Of a stretch of DNA of 58,201 nt, positions 35,943 to 45,850 are shown in pieces. Location of the stretch: positions 1-58,201 of the forward strand of contig CADAVS010000001.1 in assembly GCA_902791425.1 (NCBI GenBank), written 5' to 3'. Under the pieces are notes generated by a model. It saw only the letters and a program-made list of their open reading frames with translations, ran no database searches and was not told where the DNA came from. Made by a program: the position numbers and the translations under genes. The stretch is from an uncultured Ruminococcus sp. GTDB taxonomy: Bacteria; Bacillota; Clostridia; Monoglobales; Monoglobaceae. Position 1 is the stretch's first letter. Every line of letters starts with the position of its first letter.

Positions 35943-38276
35943 ATGGAAAATACAAAAGAATTATGTGAGGTTCGGATAAATCAAGAGGGAGCCGCACCGA
36001 AAAAGGAGAGAATAAGGAAATATGATGTACTGATTAGATTGATAGGACTGCTGCTTGCAAGGGGGACTGCGTTTTATGTGTTGGCACCCTTTGGTGTGTC
36101 GTATATGGCAATGGAAAGGCGTTTTTCCAAAAAGGCGTTGATTAGCTGTTTGATGGTGTGTGCAGGGTATTTAAGCCTGTTTGATATTAATATTTCGGGC
36201 AAATATATATTTGCGACAATTGGGTATATGGCTTTTTTATTTGTTGCCGACAGAGGCGACTGTGATATTCCCGATTATGCGTGCATTGCGGCGGCGGGAG
36301 TTGTTACGGCACTCGGAAGATTGTGCGGTATGATATGGACAGGCTTTTCTCTCGGTGAGTGGATATGGATTGTATGTGATACGGCCCTTGCGGTTGTTGG
36401 TGCTTTTGTATTTGAAAAAAATAAAATTATATTAAACGGACACAAAAACGCAGTATATTCAATGAACAGAGAAGAAAAAGTATGTTTTTATATACTGATG
36501 ACAATTATGCTTTTGGGGCTTAAAAGCATATCTCTTGACGGCTTTGTTGGGGTTGCAAATATAGTCGGCATATGGGCAACTGTTGTTTTTGCTATGTGCG
36601 GAGGCACAGGTGTTGGTGCCGTGTGTGGAATTGTAATAGGAGGCATATTGGGAGCGGAAAGTGATATGACTGTATATATGGCGATTTTTGCTGTGGGAGG
36701 TATCGTCTGCGGTACACTGTCGAAATATGGCAAAACCGCAAGTGTATTGGCAATATCGGCAGTAGTTATCGGCGGTTGCGTTTTCCTTGGCGAAAGAACA
36801 GAGGTTATCGGCTATCTGGATATTCCCCTATCTGTTATGCTGACTATGTTTACATCAGAATCGCTTATAAGAAGAATAGGAAGAATTGGTGGATTGACAA
36901 CGGATAATTCAGACAGTGAACGTTTAAAAGAATATATAAAAACAAGACTGAATACGGCGGCGAGCTCCTTTAGGATACTTGCCGAGACATTTCTCGATTT
37001 GTCGGACAAGCAGAACAACGTGGATATGGAGGATGTGTCTATGATGTTTGACAGAACTGCCGACAGGGTATGCAGAGAGTGTTCGAGAATGAGCGAATGT
37101 TGGGTTAATAATTTTAATAATACGTACAAATCCCTTTTTCATATGCTTGAGGTGATGGAGAGAAAGGGCGAGCTTACCGAAAGTGATGTCAACGAATATT
37201 TTTCAAAGAAGTGCTTGAGGTTACGCGGAATTGTCAAAGAAATGAACAGGTTTTTTGAAATATATAAGATTAATTGTGTATGGAAAAGCAAGCTTCAGGA
37301 AAACAGAGAGTTGGCAGGGGAACAGCTTGGAAGTGTTGCACAGATATTGGACAGCATAGCAGACGAGATGTATGAGGAGAGAATTGACAGCTCATCAGAA
37401 GAAGAAATAAGGATACGGCTTGAGGATAAGGGTGTCAGAGTTGTCAGTCTTTCTGCGGCAATTAATGTAAAGGGCAGATTTTCGGTATACATAGAGGTAG
37501 AAGAGAATACTTCTATTGACGTGTGCAGGCGTGCCTCCGAAACAGCACTTAAAGCGGTGCTTGGTACAAGACTTGTTATGAACGGCATCGTTAGAAAAGA
37601 GACAGGCGAGATAATGCTGAAGTTCTCTCAGCCTGAGGGGTATATGGTGGAAACGGGAATTGCAGGCAAAAGTGCAGGAGATGAAAACGGCGACAACTGC
37701 GTTGTAAGATATTTAAGTGACGGCAAATTTGCGGCGGCGTTAAGTGATGGTATGGGAACAGGACACAAGGCGTCGAGAGACAGCGGTGCAACCGTCAGGC
37801 TGCTGGGTGACTTTTTGGAGGCAGGCTTTGACAAGACCATTGCGGTAAGGCTTATAAATTCAATAATGGTTATGAAGTCCGCAAACGAGGCGTTTGCAAC
37901 AGTTGATATGTGCGTTATAGATTTATTCAGCGGTGAGGCGGAGTTTATTAAAAACGGAGCGGAGCCAAGCTATATTAAACGTCAGGGCGGTGTTGAAACA
38001 ATAAGAGCGGCATCTCTGCCCGTGGGTGTCATTCAAGGAGTTGAGATAGAGAGCTTTGCCTATAATTTAGAGGAGAACGATATTGTTGTACTTTTGAGCG
38101 ACGGTTTGCAGATGAAAAAGGGATATGAAAATTGGATTAAATCAGCGGTAGAGGAGGCGGACAGAGAGATGCCGGCACAGGAGCTTGCCGACAGAATAAT
38201 TGATATGGCAAAGGCTCTGCAGGGCGAAAATTCCGACGATATGACGGTTGTTGTGTTAAAGCTTCGGCAGAGATAA
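35943..38276 (+). CDS. spoIIE: stage II sporulation protein E (PP2C phosphatase with a polytopic N-terminal domain)
   Basis: 777 aa. About 10 TM segments are followed by a C-terminal PP2C domain with SDGMGTGHKA and LLSDGL. Confidence 0.92.
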   Translation: MENTKELCEVRINQEGAAPKKERIRKYDVLIRLIGLLLARGTAFYVLAPFGVSYMAMERRFSKKALISCLMVCAGYLSLFDINISGKYIFATIGYMAFLFVADRGDCDIPDYACIAAAGVVTALGRLCGMIWTGFSLGEWIWIVCDTALAVVGAFVFEKNKIILNGHKNAVYSMNREEKVCFYILMTIMLLGLKSISLDGFVGVANIVGIWATVVFAMCGGTGVGAVCGIVIGGILGAESDMTVYMAIFAVGGIVCGTLSKYGKTASVLAISAVVIGGCVFLGERTEVIGYLDIPLSVMLTMFTSESLIRRIGRIGGLTTDNSDSERLKEYIKTRLNTAASSFRILAETFLDLSDKQNNVDMEDVSMMFDRTADRVCRECSRMSECWVNNFNNTYKSLFHMLEVMERKGELTESDVNEYFSKKCLRLRGIVKEMNRFFEIYKINCVWKSKLQENRELAGEQLGSVAQILDSIADEMYEERIDSSSEEEIRIRLEDKGVRVVSLSAAINVKGRFSVYIEVEENTSIDVCRRASETALKAVLGTRLVMNGIVRKETGEIMLKFSQPEGYMVETGIAGKSAGDENGDNCVVRYLSDGKFAAALSDGMGTGHKASRDSGATVRLLGDFLEAGFDKTIAVRLINSIMVMKSANEAFATVDMCVIDLFSGEAEFIKNGAEPSYIKRQGGVETIRAASLPVGVIQGVEIESFAYNLEENDIVVLLSDGLQMKKGYENWIKSAVEEADREMPAQELADRIIDMAKALQGENSDDMTVVVLKLRQR

Positions 38277-38309
38277 AATAAAAAGATAAAATAAAAATGG
38301 AAAAAAGTC

Positions 38310-38338
38310 TTGACAAATATGTAAAAAAAGAGTAATAT
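38310..38338 (+). promoter_or_regulatory. sigmaA-type promoter of the aro operon leader
   Basis: TTGACA(38310-38315), 17 nt, TAATAT(38333-38338). Confidence 0.7.
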
Positions 38339-38391
38339 ATAAGAAGTTTCGAAACGATGTCATACAAAAAAATTAAGAAAGGACAAAGGAA

Positions 38392-38502
38392 ATGAGTAAT
38401 ATTAAGCCTTCTGCACTGTTTAACAAATATTACTTTAGCTTTAGCTTTTTTGGCTACGGCTTGTTTTTGTGTAGAAAATCTCAGACCTTTGGACTGGTTT
38501 AA
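38392..38502 (+). CDS. putative Phe/Tyr-rich leader peptide (36 codons)
   Basis: The translation is MSNIKPSALFNKYYFSFSFFGYGLFLCRKSQTFGLV, with 7 Phe and 3 Tyr. RBS AAAGGA lies upstream. A terminator 29 nt downstream precedes the DAHP synthase gene. Confidence 0.6.
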   Translation: MSNIKPSALFNKYYFSFSFFGYGLFLCRKSQTFGLV

Positions 38503-38530
38503 TATAGAGTTAAATATTATGTATAGCTCT

Positions 38531-38558
38531 GGCAGGTTCAAAGGAACCTGCCTTTTTT
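38531..38558 (+). terminator. intrinsic terminator/attenuator in the aro leader
   Basis: GGCAGGTTC-AAAG-GAACCTGCC followed by TTTTTTG, about 60 nt upstream of the aroF start. Confidence 0.8.
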
Positions 38559-38616
38559 GTTGCATTAGAATTTTACAAAATATAGCCATACAAGGTGGCG
38601 GAATGGAGAAATTATT

Positions 38617-39633
38617 ATGGTAGTATGTTTAAACCCAAAAACAACAAAAGAGGATGTAGATAAAATAATATCCTACATCAAAGATATGGGACTTGATGTT
38701 CAGGTGACAGAGGGACAGCAGAGCACAATTTTAGGTCTTATAGGCGATACAAGTAAAATTGACCCTAACACACTTATGATGAATGTTCACGTTGACAAGG
38801 TAATGCGTGTGGCAGAGCCCTTCAAAAAGGCTAGCAGAACCTTTAACCCTGTTGACACAGTTGTAAAGGTAGGAAACGCAGAAATAGGAAACAGAAAGAA
38901 GTTCACTGTAATTGCAGGCCCTTGCTCTGTTGAAAATCACGACCAGATTGTAGAAGTTGCTGAAAGCGTTAAAAACAGCGGTGCAACTCTATTGCGTGGA
39001 GGTGCATTCAAGCCGAGAACCTCACCATACTCTTTCCAAGGCTTAGAACTTGAGGGGCTTGAACTGTTGAAAGAGGCAAAGGCTAACACAGGTCTTCCTA
39101 TTGTTACAGAGATTATGTCACCTAAGATGGTTGAGAAGTTTGAAAGTGATGTTGATATTATTCAGGTTGGCGCAAGAAATATGCAGAACTTTGACTTGCT
39201 CAAAGAGCTGGGCAAAGCGTCAAAGCCTATTCTGTTAAAGAGAGGCTTATCCGCAACAATCGAGGAATGGCTTATGTCTGCTGAATACATTATGGCAGGC
39301 GGAAACGAAAACGTAATACTCTGTGAACGAGGTATCAGAACATTTGAAACATACACAAGAAACACTCTTGATTTAAGTGCTATTCCCGCTGTCAAGAAGC
39401 TCAGTCATTTGCCTGTTGTTGTTGACCCGTCACACTCAGCCGGCAGAAGATGGATGGTAGAACCTCTATCGCTTGCGGCTATGGCAATCGGTGCAGACGG
39501 TCTTATTGTTGAAGTTCACAACTGCCCTGAAAAAGCGTTATGTGACGGAGCACAGTCACTTGACCCTAAACAGTTTGATGACTTGATGACAAAGTTGCGT
39601 AATATGGGAAAGAACTTAGGAATTGAAGTATAA
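38617..39633 (+). CDS. aroF: 3-deoxy-7-phosphoheptulonate (DAHP) synthase, type I-beta with an N-terminal regulatory domain
   Basis: 338 aa with the GPCSVE, KPRTSPYSFQG and DPSH motifs. Confidence 0.92.
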   Translation: MVVCLNPKTTKEDVDKIISYIKDMGLDVQVTEGQQSTILGLIGDTSKIDPNTLMMNVHVDKVMRVAEPFKKASRTFNPVDTVVKVGNAEIGNRKKFTVIAGPCSVENHDQIVEVAESVKNSGATLLRGGAFKPRTSPYSFQGLELEGLELLKEAKANTGLPIVTEIMSPKMVEKFESDVDIIQVGARNMQNFDLLKELGKASKPILLKRGLSATIEEWLMSAEYIMAGGNENVILCERGIRTFETYTRNTLDLSAIPAVKKLSHLPVVVDPSHSAGRRWMVEPLSLAAMAIGADGLIVEVHNCPEKALCDGAQSLDPKQFDDLMTKLRNMGKNLGIEV

Positions 39634-39651
39634 TATATTTGGAGGAATACG

Positions 39652-40527
39652 ATGGAAAGCCACTTCAGAATTTCGATTATTGGTTTAGGCATAATAGGCG
39701 GTTCCGCAGCGTATGCTTTGAAAGGTTTTAACAATGCCGAGGTTATCGGTTTTGATAAAAGTGATGATGTAATGGGTATGGCTCTCGAAAGGGGTGCCAT
39801 TGACAAAGCTGCAAAAAGTGTTGCAGAGGCTATTGATGGTTCTGACCTGATAATCATTGCCACATATCCCAACAGCATACCGAGGATAGTCGGTGATAAT
39901 AAAGCCGCTTTTAAAAAGGGAGCGGTTTTAACCGAATTTTGCGGAGTCAAGACAAAAATATCAGCCGAGATAGAGGCGGTTCTTCCCGAAGGCGTTGACT
40001 ATGTCGGAGGACACCCAATGGCAGGTAAAGAGGTTGACGGATTTGTGAATGCTGACCCTGACCTTTACAAAAACTGCGGTTTTATTATAACTCCGTCAGA
40101 AAAATCATCGAAAGACGGAATAAGACTGATTTACGATATGGCAGAGTATATGGGGGCTACAAGAATTGATGTATGTGTTCCCAAAATACACGATGAGTTG
40201 ATTGCGTATACAAGTGATTTGATGCACATAGCTGCGTCTGCACTGTGCTTAGACTTTGACGACAGGATTAATCTGGCATATACGGCAGGTGCTTTTCGTG
40301 ATTGTACAAGGGTTGCTCTTATCAACCCTGAATTGTGGACAGAACTTTTTATGATAAACGGCAGTAATACTGTCAAAGAAATTGACAAGTACATTAATTC
40401 GTTGACTAAGATGAGAAACGCAATATCCGAAAAGGATGAAAAGAGCTTATATGAAATGCTGAAAATTGTTCGTAACAATAAAGAGGATATACTTAAAAGA
40501 GAACCAAAAAAGGGGATTGTGTTATGA
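39652..40527 (+). CDS. tyrA: prephenate dehydrogenase
   Basis: 291 aa with the IIGLGIIGGS NAD motif and GGHPMAG. Confidence 0.9.
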   Translation: MESHFRISIIGLGIIGGSAAYALKGFNNAEVIGFDKSDDVMGMALERGAIDKAAKSVAEAIDGSDLIIIATYPNSIPRIVGDNKAAFKKGAVLTEFCGVKTKISAEIEAVLPEGVDYVGGHPMAGKEVDGFVNADPDLYKNCGFIITPSEKSSKDGIRLIYDMAEYMGATRIDVCVPKIHDELIAYTSDLMHIAASALCLDFDDRINLAYTAGAFRDCTRVALINPELWTELFMINGSNTVKEIDKYINSLTKMRNAISEKDEKSLYEMLKIVRNNKEDILKREPKKGIVL

Positions 40528-41564
40528 AAATATTAAAGGTGAATATTCCGGGGAGAGAATATAATATTCATATAGGGAGCGGCTTGCTTGAAAAAACAGG
40601 CGAAATCGTATCCGAAATTTTTAATGGGAAACGGATTGCGATAATCACAGATGAAAATGTTGGAACATTGTATGCGGAAAAAGTCACAAAAGCACTTGCA
40701 GATTATGATGTATCCCTTATAACAGTAGATGCGGGAGAGAAGAGTAAGTCCTTTGAAACTCTGCAATATGTTTACACAAGGCTGCTTGAAGAAGGTATTA
40801 CAAGAACAGATTTAATAGTCGCATTGGGTGGCGGCGTAGTTGGCGATTTGACAGGCTTTGCATCAGCGACTTTTCTGCGTGGTGTGGACTTTATTCAAAT
40901 CCCTACAACATTATTGGCACAGGTGGATTCAAGCGTTGGCGGCAAGACGGCAGTCAATTTGCCTCAGGGCAAAAACCTTGTGGGTAGCTTTTGTCAGCCG
41001 AAGGCCGTCATTGCGGATGCCGATACACTTAAGACTTTATCCGATAAAATCTTAAGTGATGGTATGGCTGAGGTCATAAAGTATGGTGCAATTTGTGATG
41101 CGGAATTATTTGAGCTATTGTCAAATATAAAAAACAATGAAGAATTATTTGCAAAAATTGAAGAAATAGTATATACTTGTTGCAGGATAAAAAGTGAAAT
41201 TGTCGAGGAAGATGAATTTGACACAGGCAGAAGAATGATTTTGAATTTTGGGCATACCTTTGGACACGCAATTGAAAAGAAGTTTAACTTCTCGTCGGTG
41301 ACTCACGGAATGGGGGTTGCGGCAGGAATGGTTATGGCGGCGTTATGGGGAGAGGAGCATAATGTGACTCCTAAGGGTACAGCTGAAAAGATTGAGGCTG
41401 TTCTTAAAAATTATAATTTGCCCACAGCGTATGATTTGACAAAAGAGGAATTGCTGGCATCAGCCGGAGTGGATAAAAAAAGCGACGGGGGTATGATAAA
41501 TCTGATTTTACTAAATCGCATAGGTGATGCTGTTATTCACAAAATCGACAGACAGAGTATTTAA
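40524..41564 (+). CDS. aroB: 3-dehydroquinate synthase
   Basis: 346 aa with the GGGVVGDLTGFAA and DSSVGGKT motifs. Confidence 0.93.
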   Translation: MKILKVNIPGREYNIHIGSGLLEKTGEIVSEIFNGKRIAIITDENVGTLYAEKVTKALADYDVSLITVDAGEKSKSFETLQYVYTRLLEEGITRTDLIVALGGGVVGDLTGFASATFLRGVDFIQIPTTLLAQVDSSVGGKTAVNLPQGKNLVGSFCQPKAVIADADTLKTLSDKILSDGMAEVIKYGAICDAELFELLSNIKNNEELFAKIEEIVYTCCRIKSEIVEEDEFDTGRRMILNFGHTFGHAIEKKFNFSSVTHGMGVAAGMVMAALWGEEHNVTPKGTAEKIEAVLKNYNLPTAYDLTKEELLASAGVDKKSDGGMINLILLNRIGDAVIHKIDRQSI

Positions 41565-41604
41565 AAATATCTTAGGACACAAAATTGCGGAAAATTCTTC
41601 GCCA

Positions 41605-41693
41605 AATCCAAAATAATTTTTTCAATGCAGTTGGGCTTGGCAACTGTATGGGCTTTGGGCCATTATTCAATAAAATTATTTTGGATTTATATT
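41605..41693 (+). repeat. copy B of the roughly 85-nt hairpin element, inside the aro operon
   Basis: Perfect 14-bp arms are at 41607-41620 and 41672-41685. The identical 28-nt core is at 41626-41653. The 3' end forms TTCAAT-16-TATATT. Confidence 0.85.
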
Positions 41694-41804
41694 TGTGCGG
41701 AGAGCAAGCAGAGAAAATAAACAATAATAAGCCAAATTATCTTTATTTTACGCGATTTAATCTTTGACAAACGAATTTAAAAATATCTTCACAGGAGGGC
41801 AGCT

Positions 41805-43067
41805 ATGGATAACGTAACCATTAAACCTGCAATGCTAAAGGGAAAAGTAAATATTCCGCCGTCAAAAAGTATGGCACACCGTGCTGTAATTGCGGCGGCT
41901 TTATCTGAGGGCGATTGTGTCGTCAGCAATATCTCTATGTCGCAGGATATATCTGCAACATTGGGCGGATTGCGTGCACTTGGCTATAAGTATAGCTATA
42001 ATCAAAAGCAGAAAAGGGTTAAGTTTACTGCAGGCAGACGCAAGCTTACAGGCAAGGAGATAGAGATTGATTGCGGTGAAAGCGGTTCAACTCTCAGATT
42101 TTTAATTCCTATTGCGTTGCTGACGGGAAAAGATATAAAATTCATATGTCACGGCAGACTTTTGCAAAGACCTATGAAGCCGTATTTTGATATGTTTGAT
42201 AAATGCGGAATAACCTATGAAATCGGTGGCGACTACATACGTACAAAGGGAAAGCTGAAGCCGGGCGTGTTTATGATTGCGGGCAACATCAGCTCGCAGT
42301 TTATATCAGGACTTTTATTTGCTTTGCCGTTGCTTGATAAGAACAGCGAAATTGTGATTACCGAAAGTCCCGAGTCCACAGGTTATATTGATATGACTCT
42401 TGATACCATAGACGGCTTTGGTATAAAGGTTGAAAACAAACAATATTTGAAATATGCAATATTGGGAAACCAATCATACAAAGCAAAGGATATGGTGGTA
42501 GAGGGGGATTACTCTCAGGCGGCATTTTTCTTAACTGCAGGTGCAATCGGCTGTGATGTTGAGTGCTTAGGTCTGCCCGAACACAGCTTGCAGGGTGACA
42601 GAGAGATTATTGATATAGTTAAAAGGGCAGGCGGTAAGATTGAAAAGACGGCAGACGGTATTAAAGCAAAGCACACTGCCAATATGCACGGCATAACGGT
42701 AGATGCAAGGAATATACCTGACTTGATACCGACAGTTGCGGTTATGCTGTCCTTTTGCAATGGAGAAAGCAACATAATAAACGCAGGCCGTTTGAGAATG
42801 AAGGAAAGCGACAGATTGTCAGCAATATGCGATGAGCTTTCGCGGCTTGGGATTGATATACAAGAGGGCGGAGATTATATTAAAATTAACGGAGGTCAGA
42901 CCGCAAGCTGTCAGACTGTTTCGGCAAGAAACGACCATAGAATTGCAATGGCGCTTGCTATTGCTGCTTGTCGGTGTGAGGGTGATGAGATTACCATTCT
43001 TGGTGCTCAGACCGCCGTTAAGAAGTCATATCCCGACTTTTTTGATGTATACGAAACATTGAGATAA
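41805..43067 (+). CDS. aroA: 3-phosphoshikimate 1-carboxyvinyltransferase (EPSP synthase)
   Basis: 420 aa with the PPSKSMAHR, GESGSTLRF and NDHRIAMA motifs. Confidence 0.93.
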   Translation: MDNVTIKPAMLKGKVNIPPSKSMAHRAVIAAALSEGDCVVSNISMSQDISATLGGLRALGYKYSYNQKQKRVKFTAGRRKLTGKEIEIDCGESGSTLRFLIPIALLTGKDIKFICHGRLLQRPMKPYFDMFDKCGITYEIGGDYIRTKGKLKPGVFMIAGNISSQFISGLLFALPLLDKNSEIVITESPESTGYIDMTLDTIDGFGIKVENKQYLKYAILGNQSYKAKDMVVEGDYSQAAFFLTAGAIGCDVECLGLPEHSLQGDREIIDIVKRAGGKIEKTADGIKAKHTANMHGITVDARNIPDLIPTVAVMLSFCNGESNIINAGRLRMKESDRLSAICDELSRLGIDIQEGGDYIKINGGQTASCQTVSARNDHRIAMALAIAACRCEGDEITILGAQTAVKKSYPDFFDVYETLR

Positions 43068-43090
43068 ATTGAATTGTAGGAGAGATTACT

Positions 43091-44161
43091 GTGAATGTTT
43101 GGGGCGAAAAAATAAAACTAACAATATTCGGAGAGTCGCACGGCAAGGGTATCGGCATTGTGATTGATGGCTTGCCGTCAGGATTTGAGTTGAATTTGGA
43201 CAGAGTTGCCGAGCAGATGAAAAGACGTGCACCCGGGCGGAATAAGCTTTCTACATCAAGAGCAGAGGCAGATGAATTTCAGATTTTGTCAGGGTTTTTT
43301 AACGGAAAGACAACGGGTACGCCTTTAACGGCAGTGATTTTTAATACTGATATGCGTTCTAAGGACTACAATCCCGAGATTTTAAGACCGTCACACGCAG
43401 ATTTTACCGCTCTTTGTAAGTACGGCGAGAGCAGAGATTACCGAGGCGGTGGACACTTTTCAGGTAGAATAACCGCACCGCTGGTGTTTGCAGGGGCGGT
43501 CGCAGAACAAATTTTAGAGGAAAAAGGTATATATACAAGTGCTCATATTATGCAAGTGGGAGTCGTTTGCGACAAGCCCTTTGATATGGTGAATACCCAT
43601 AAGGAATTGCTTAAAGAGCTGTCAAAGATGGACTTCCCTGTTATTGACGGCGAATGTGCCGAAAAAATGAAAGAGGAAATTGACAAATACAGATGCGATA
43701 AAAATTCTGTCGGAGGCAGGGTGGAGGTTTGTATCTGCGGTGTTGAGGCAGGTATAGGCGCGCCTTTCTTTGGTTCTGTTGAAAGCAGATTGTCGTCAAT
43801 GATGTTTTCAATTCCTGCGGTTAAGGGAATTGAGTTTGGTTTGGGCTTTGATTTTGCCACAGCTGACGGAAAGGCGGCAAATGATGAAATTTATATTGAA
43901 GATGATGTTGTTAAAACATATACAAACAATAATGCAGGTATAAACGGAGGTATAACAAACGGTATGCCTATTGTGTTCAGGCTTGCGTTAAAGCCTACGC
44001 CGTCAATCGCTTCCGTGCAGAAAACTGTGAATATTGACACAAAGGAAAACACTGAAATAGCGATAAAGGGCAGGCACGACCCGTGTATTGTGCATCGTGC
44101 CGCAATAGTTGCGGAATGTGCAACTGCCATTGCTATGTTAGATATGGTTTTAGACAAATAG
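43091..44161 (+). CDS. aroC: chorismate synthase
   Basis: 356 aa with a GTG start and the FGESHG, GRHDPC and RPSHAD motifs. Confidence 0.93.
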   Translation: MNVWGEKIKLTIFGESHGKGIGIVIDGLPSGFELNLDRVAEQMKRRAPGRNKLSTSRAEADEFQILSGFFNGKTTGTPLTAVIFNTDMRSKDYNPEILRPSHADFTALCKYGESRDYRGGGHFSGRITAPLVFAGAVAEQILEEKGIYTSAHIMQVGVVCDKPFDMVNTHKELLKELSKMDFPVIDGECAEKMKEEIDKYRCDKNSVGGRVEVCICGVEAGIGAPFFGSVESRLSSMMFSIPAVKGIEFGLGFDFATADGKAANDEIYIEDDVVKTYTNNNAGINGGITNGMPIVFRLALKPTPSIASVQKTVNIDTKENTEIAIKGRHDPCIVHRAAIVAECATAIAMLDMVLDK

Positions 44162-44182
44162 TTATATAACGAGGAGTAGGTT

Positions 44183-45343
44183 ATGAACGAGCTTGAACAA
44201 TTGAGAGATGGTATAGATAAAATAGACAGAGAGCTTTTGCCAATGTTTATAGAGAGAATGAGACTGTGCGGACAGGTTGGTGAATATAAAAAGAGAAACG
44301 ATATGCCCGTTCTGGACTCAGGCAGAGAAAAACAGCTTTTGGAAAATAAGCTAAACCTGATTGAGGACAAGGACAAAGACGTGTCCAATGAGGTCTACGA
44401 GTTCTTTAATTCAATAATGGCAATCAGCCGTACATATCAAAAAAAGCTGATTTCAGGCGAAAAGTGTGGAGTTTGTTCGGAATTGCTCGAAAATTCAGTT
44501 GCAAGAAAAGATAATCCAAAGGTAGTATGCTTTGGATATGAAGGCTCTTACAGCGAAGAGGCGGCTGAAAAATTCTTTGAAAATAAGTGTGAAAAAATAT
44601 ACGTTTCCGCATTTGTTGATGCATTTGATGCACTGACGAATAATGGTGCGGACTACGCTGTTCTTCCCATTGAAAATTCTTCCGCAGGAGTGATAGCGGA
44701 GGTTATGGACTTACTTGCGGAAAGAAAGCTATACATAGTAGGCGAGGAGTATATACCCATCAGACATTGCCTGATGGGCGTAAAGGGAACAAAAACGACC
44801 GATATAAAGAAGCTGTATTCCCACGAGCAAGCCTTTTTGCAATGCCCTGACTTTATAAAGTCGTTGGGTGACGTGGAGTGTATATCACATTACAGTACGG
44901 CACTTTCCGCAAAGTCGGTTGCACAGATGAACGATGTTTCATATGCGGCGATTGCGTCTGAGAGGACCGCTGAGATATACGGGCTTGAAATTCTGGCTAA
45001 GAATATCAACAGCGTTGATTGCAACACAACAAGATTTGTAGTTATTTCAACAAAGCCTGAGGTAAGTGATGATGCGTCAAAGGTAAGCATTGTATTTAAT
45101 CTTGACCACGAAAGCGGAGCTTTATACAGGGTATTGAGCAGCTTTGCCCACGGCGGATTAAATCTGTTAAAGCTTGAGTCAAGACCCGTCAGAGAAAAAC
45201 CGTTTGAGTATAAATTCTTTGCGGATTATACGGGCAACCTGAGAGATGCCGAGGTCAGAGCAATAACCGAGGAGATTGCACAGATGACAATAAATCTTAT
45301 TTTGTTGGGTAACTACACAAATTCAGATGGTGAACATAGATGA
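44183..45343 (+). CDS. pheA: bifunctional chorismate mutase / prephenate dehydratase with a C-terminal ACT domain
   Basis: 386 aa. The N-terminal CM_2 helix pattern (IDKIDRELLPMFIERM) is followed by a PDT domain (TRF motif) and an ESRP ACT motif. Confidence 0.9.
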   Translation: MNELEQLRDGIDKIDRELLPMFIERMRLCGQVGEYKKRNDMPVLDSGREKQLLENKLNLIEDKDKDVSNEVYEFFNSIMAISRTYQKKLISGEKCGVCSELLENSVARKDNPKVVCFGYEGSYSEEAAEKFFENKCEKIYVSAFVDAFDALTNNGADYAVLPIENSSAGVIAEVMDLLAERKLYIVGEEYIPIRHCLMGVKGTKTTDIKKLYSHEQAFLQCPDFIKSLGDVECISHYSTALSAKSVAQMNDVSYAAIASERTAEIYGLEILAKNINSVDCNTTRFVVISTKPEVSDDASKVSIVFNLDHESGALYRVLSSFAHGGLNLLKLESRPVREKPFEYKFFADYTGNLRDAEVRAITEEIAQMTINLILLGNYTNSDGEHR

Positions 45344-45837
45344 GAGATATAATTTTGATAGGTATGCCCGGGTGCGGAAAGAGCACTTTGGGCAGAGGTA
45401 TAGCAAAAAAATCAGGCAGAGAATTTGTTGATACGGACATAGAAATCGAAAGAAGTGAACGCAGGTGTATTCCTGAAATATTTAAAAACAGAGGCGAAAA
45501 GTATTTCAGAAAGTGCGAAACACAAATTCTTAAGAAACTGCTGGGCAATGGTTACGTCATTGCCACAGGCGGAGGAATTATTTTGAATAATGAAAACGTC
45601 AAGCTGATGAGGGAGTCAGGTGCATATGTGCTGTTTATCGACCGTCCGCCCGAAAATATAGTGAGTGACGTAAGAACGTCAAACAGACCCTTGCTGGCAA
45701 GCGGGGCAGAGAGAGTATTTGACTTGTATAAAGAGAGATATGAAAGGTACATTGCGGCTTGTGACGAAAGAGTTTTGAACGACAAAGATGCCAATGCTGC
45801 AATTAAAAAGATAGAAAAACTTTTAGAAAAAATATAA
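45340..45837 (+). CDS. aroK: shikimate kinase
   Basis: 165 aa. Walker A is GMPGCGKST. The start overlaps the pheA stop. Confidence 0.9.
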   Translation: MRDIILIGMPGCGKSTLGRGIAKKSGREFVDTDIEIERSERRCIPEIFKNRGEKYFRKCETQILKKLLGNGYVIATGGGIILNNENVKLMRESGAYVLFIDRPPENIVSDVRTSNRPLLASGAERVFDLYKERYERYIAACDERVLNDKDANAAIKKIEKLLEKI

Positions 45838-45850
45838 GGGGGTAATTTTG

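Noticed and set aside
38137-38589. 150-aa minus-strand ORF spanning the spoIIE 3' end and the aro leader.
   Set aside because: It crosses a promoter, the leader mini-ORF and a terminator, and its translation is F/L/I/K-rich AT-driven sequence. The plus-strand regulatory interpretation explains the region better.
38339-38616. Possible T-box riboswitch in front of the aro operon.
   Set aside because: I found no specifier-loop/GA-motif stem I architecture and no conserved T-box sequence (AGGGTGGNACCGCG-like). The leader is also rather short. A leader-peptide attenuator fits better.
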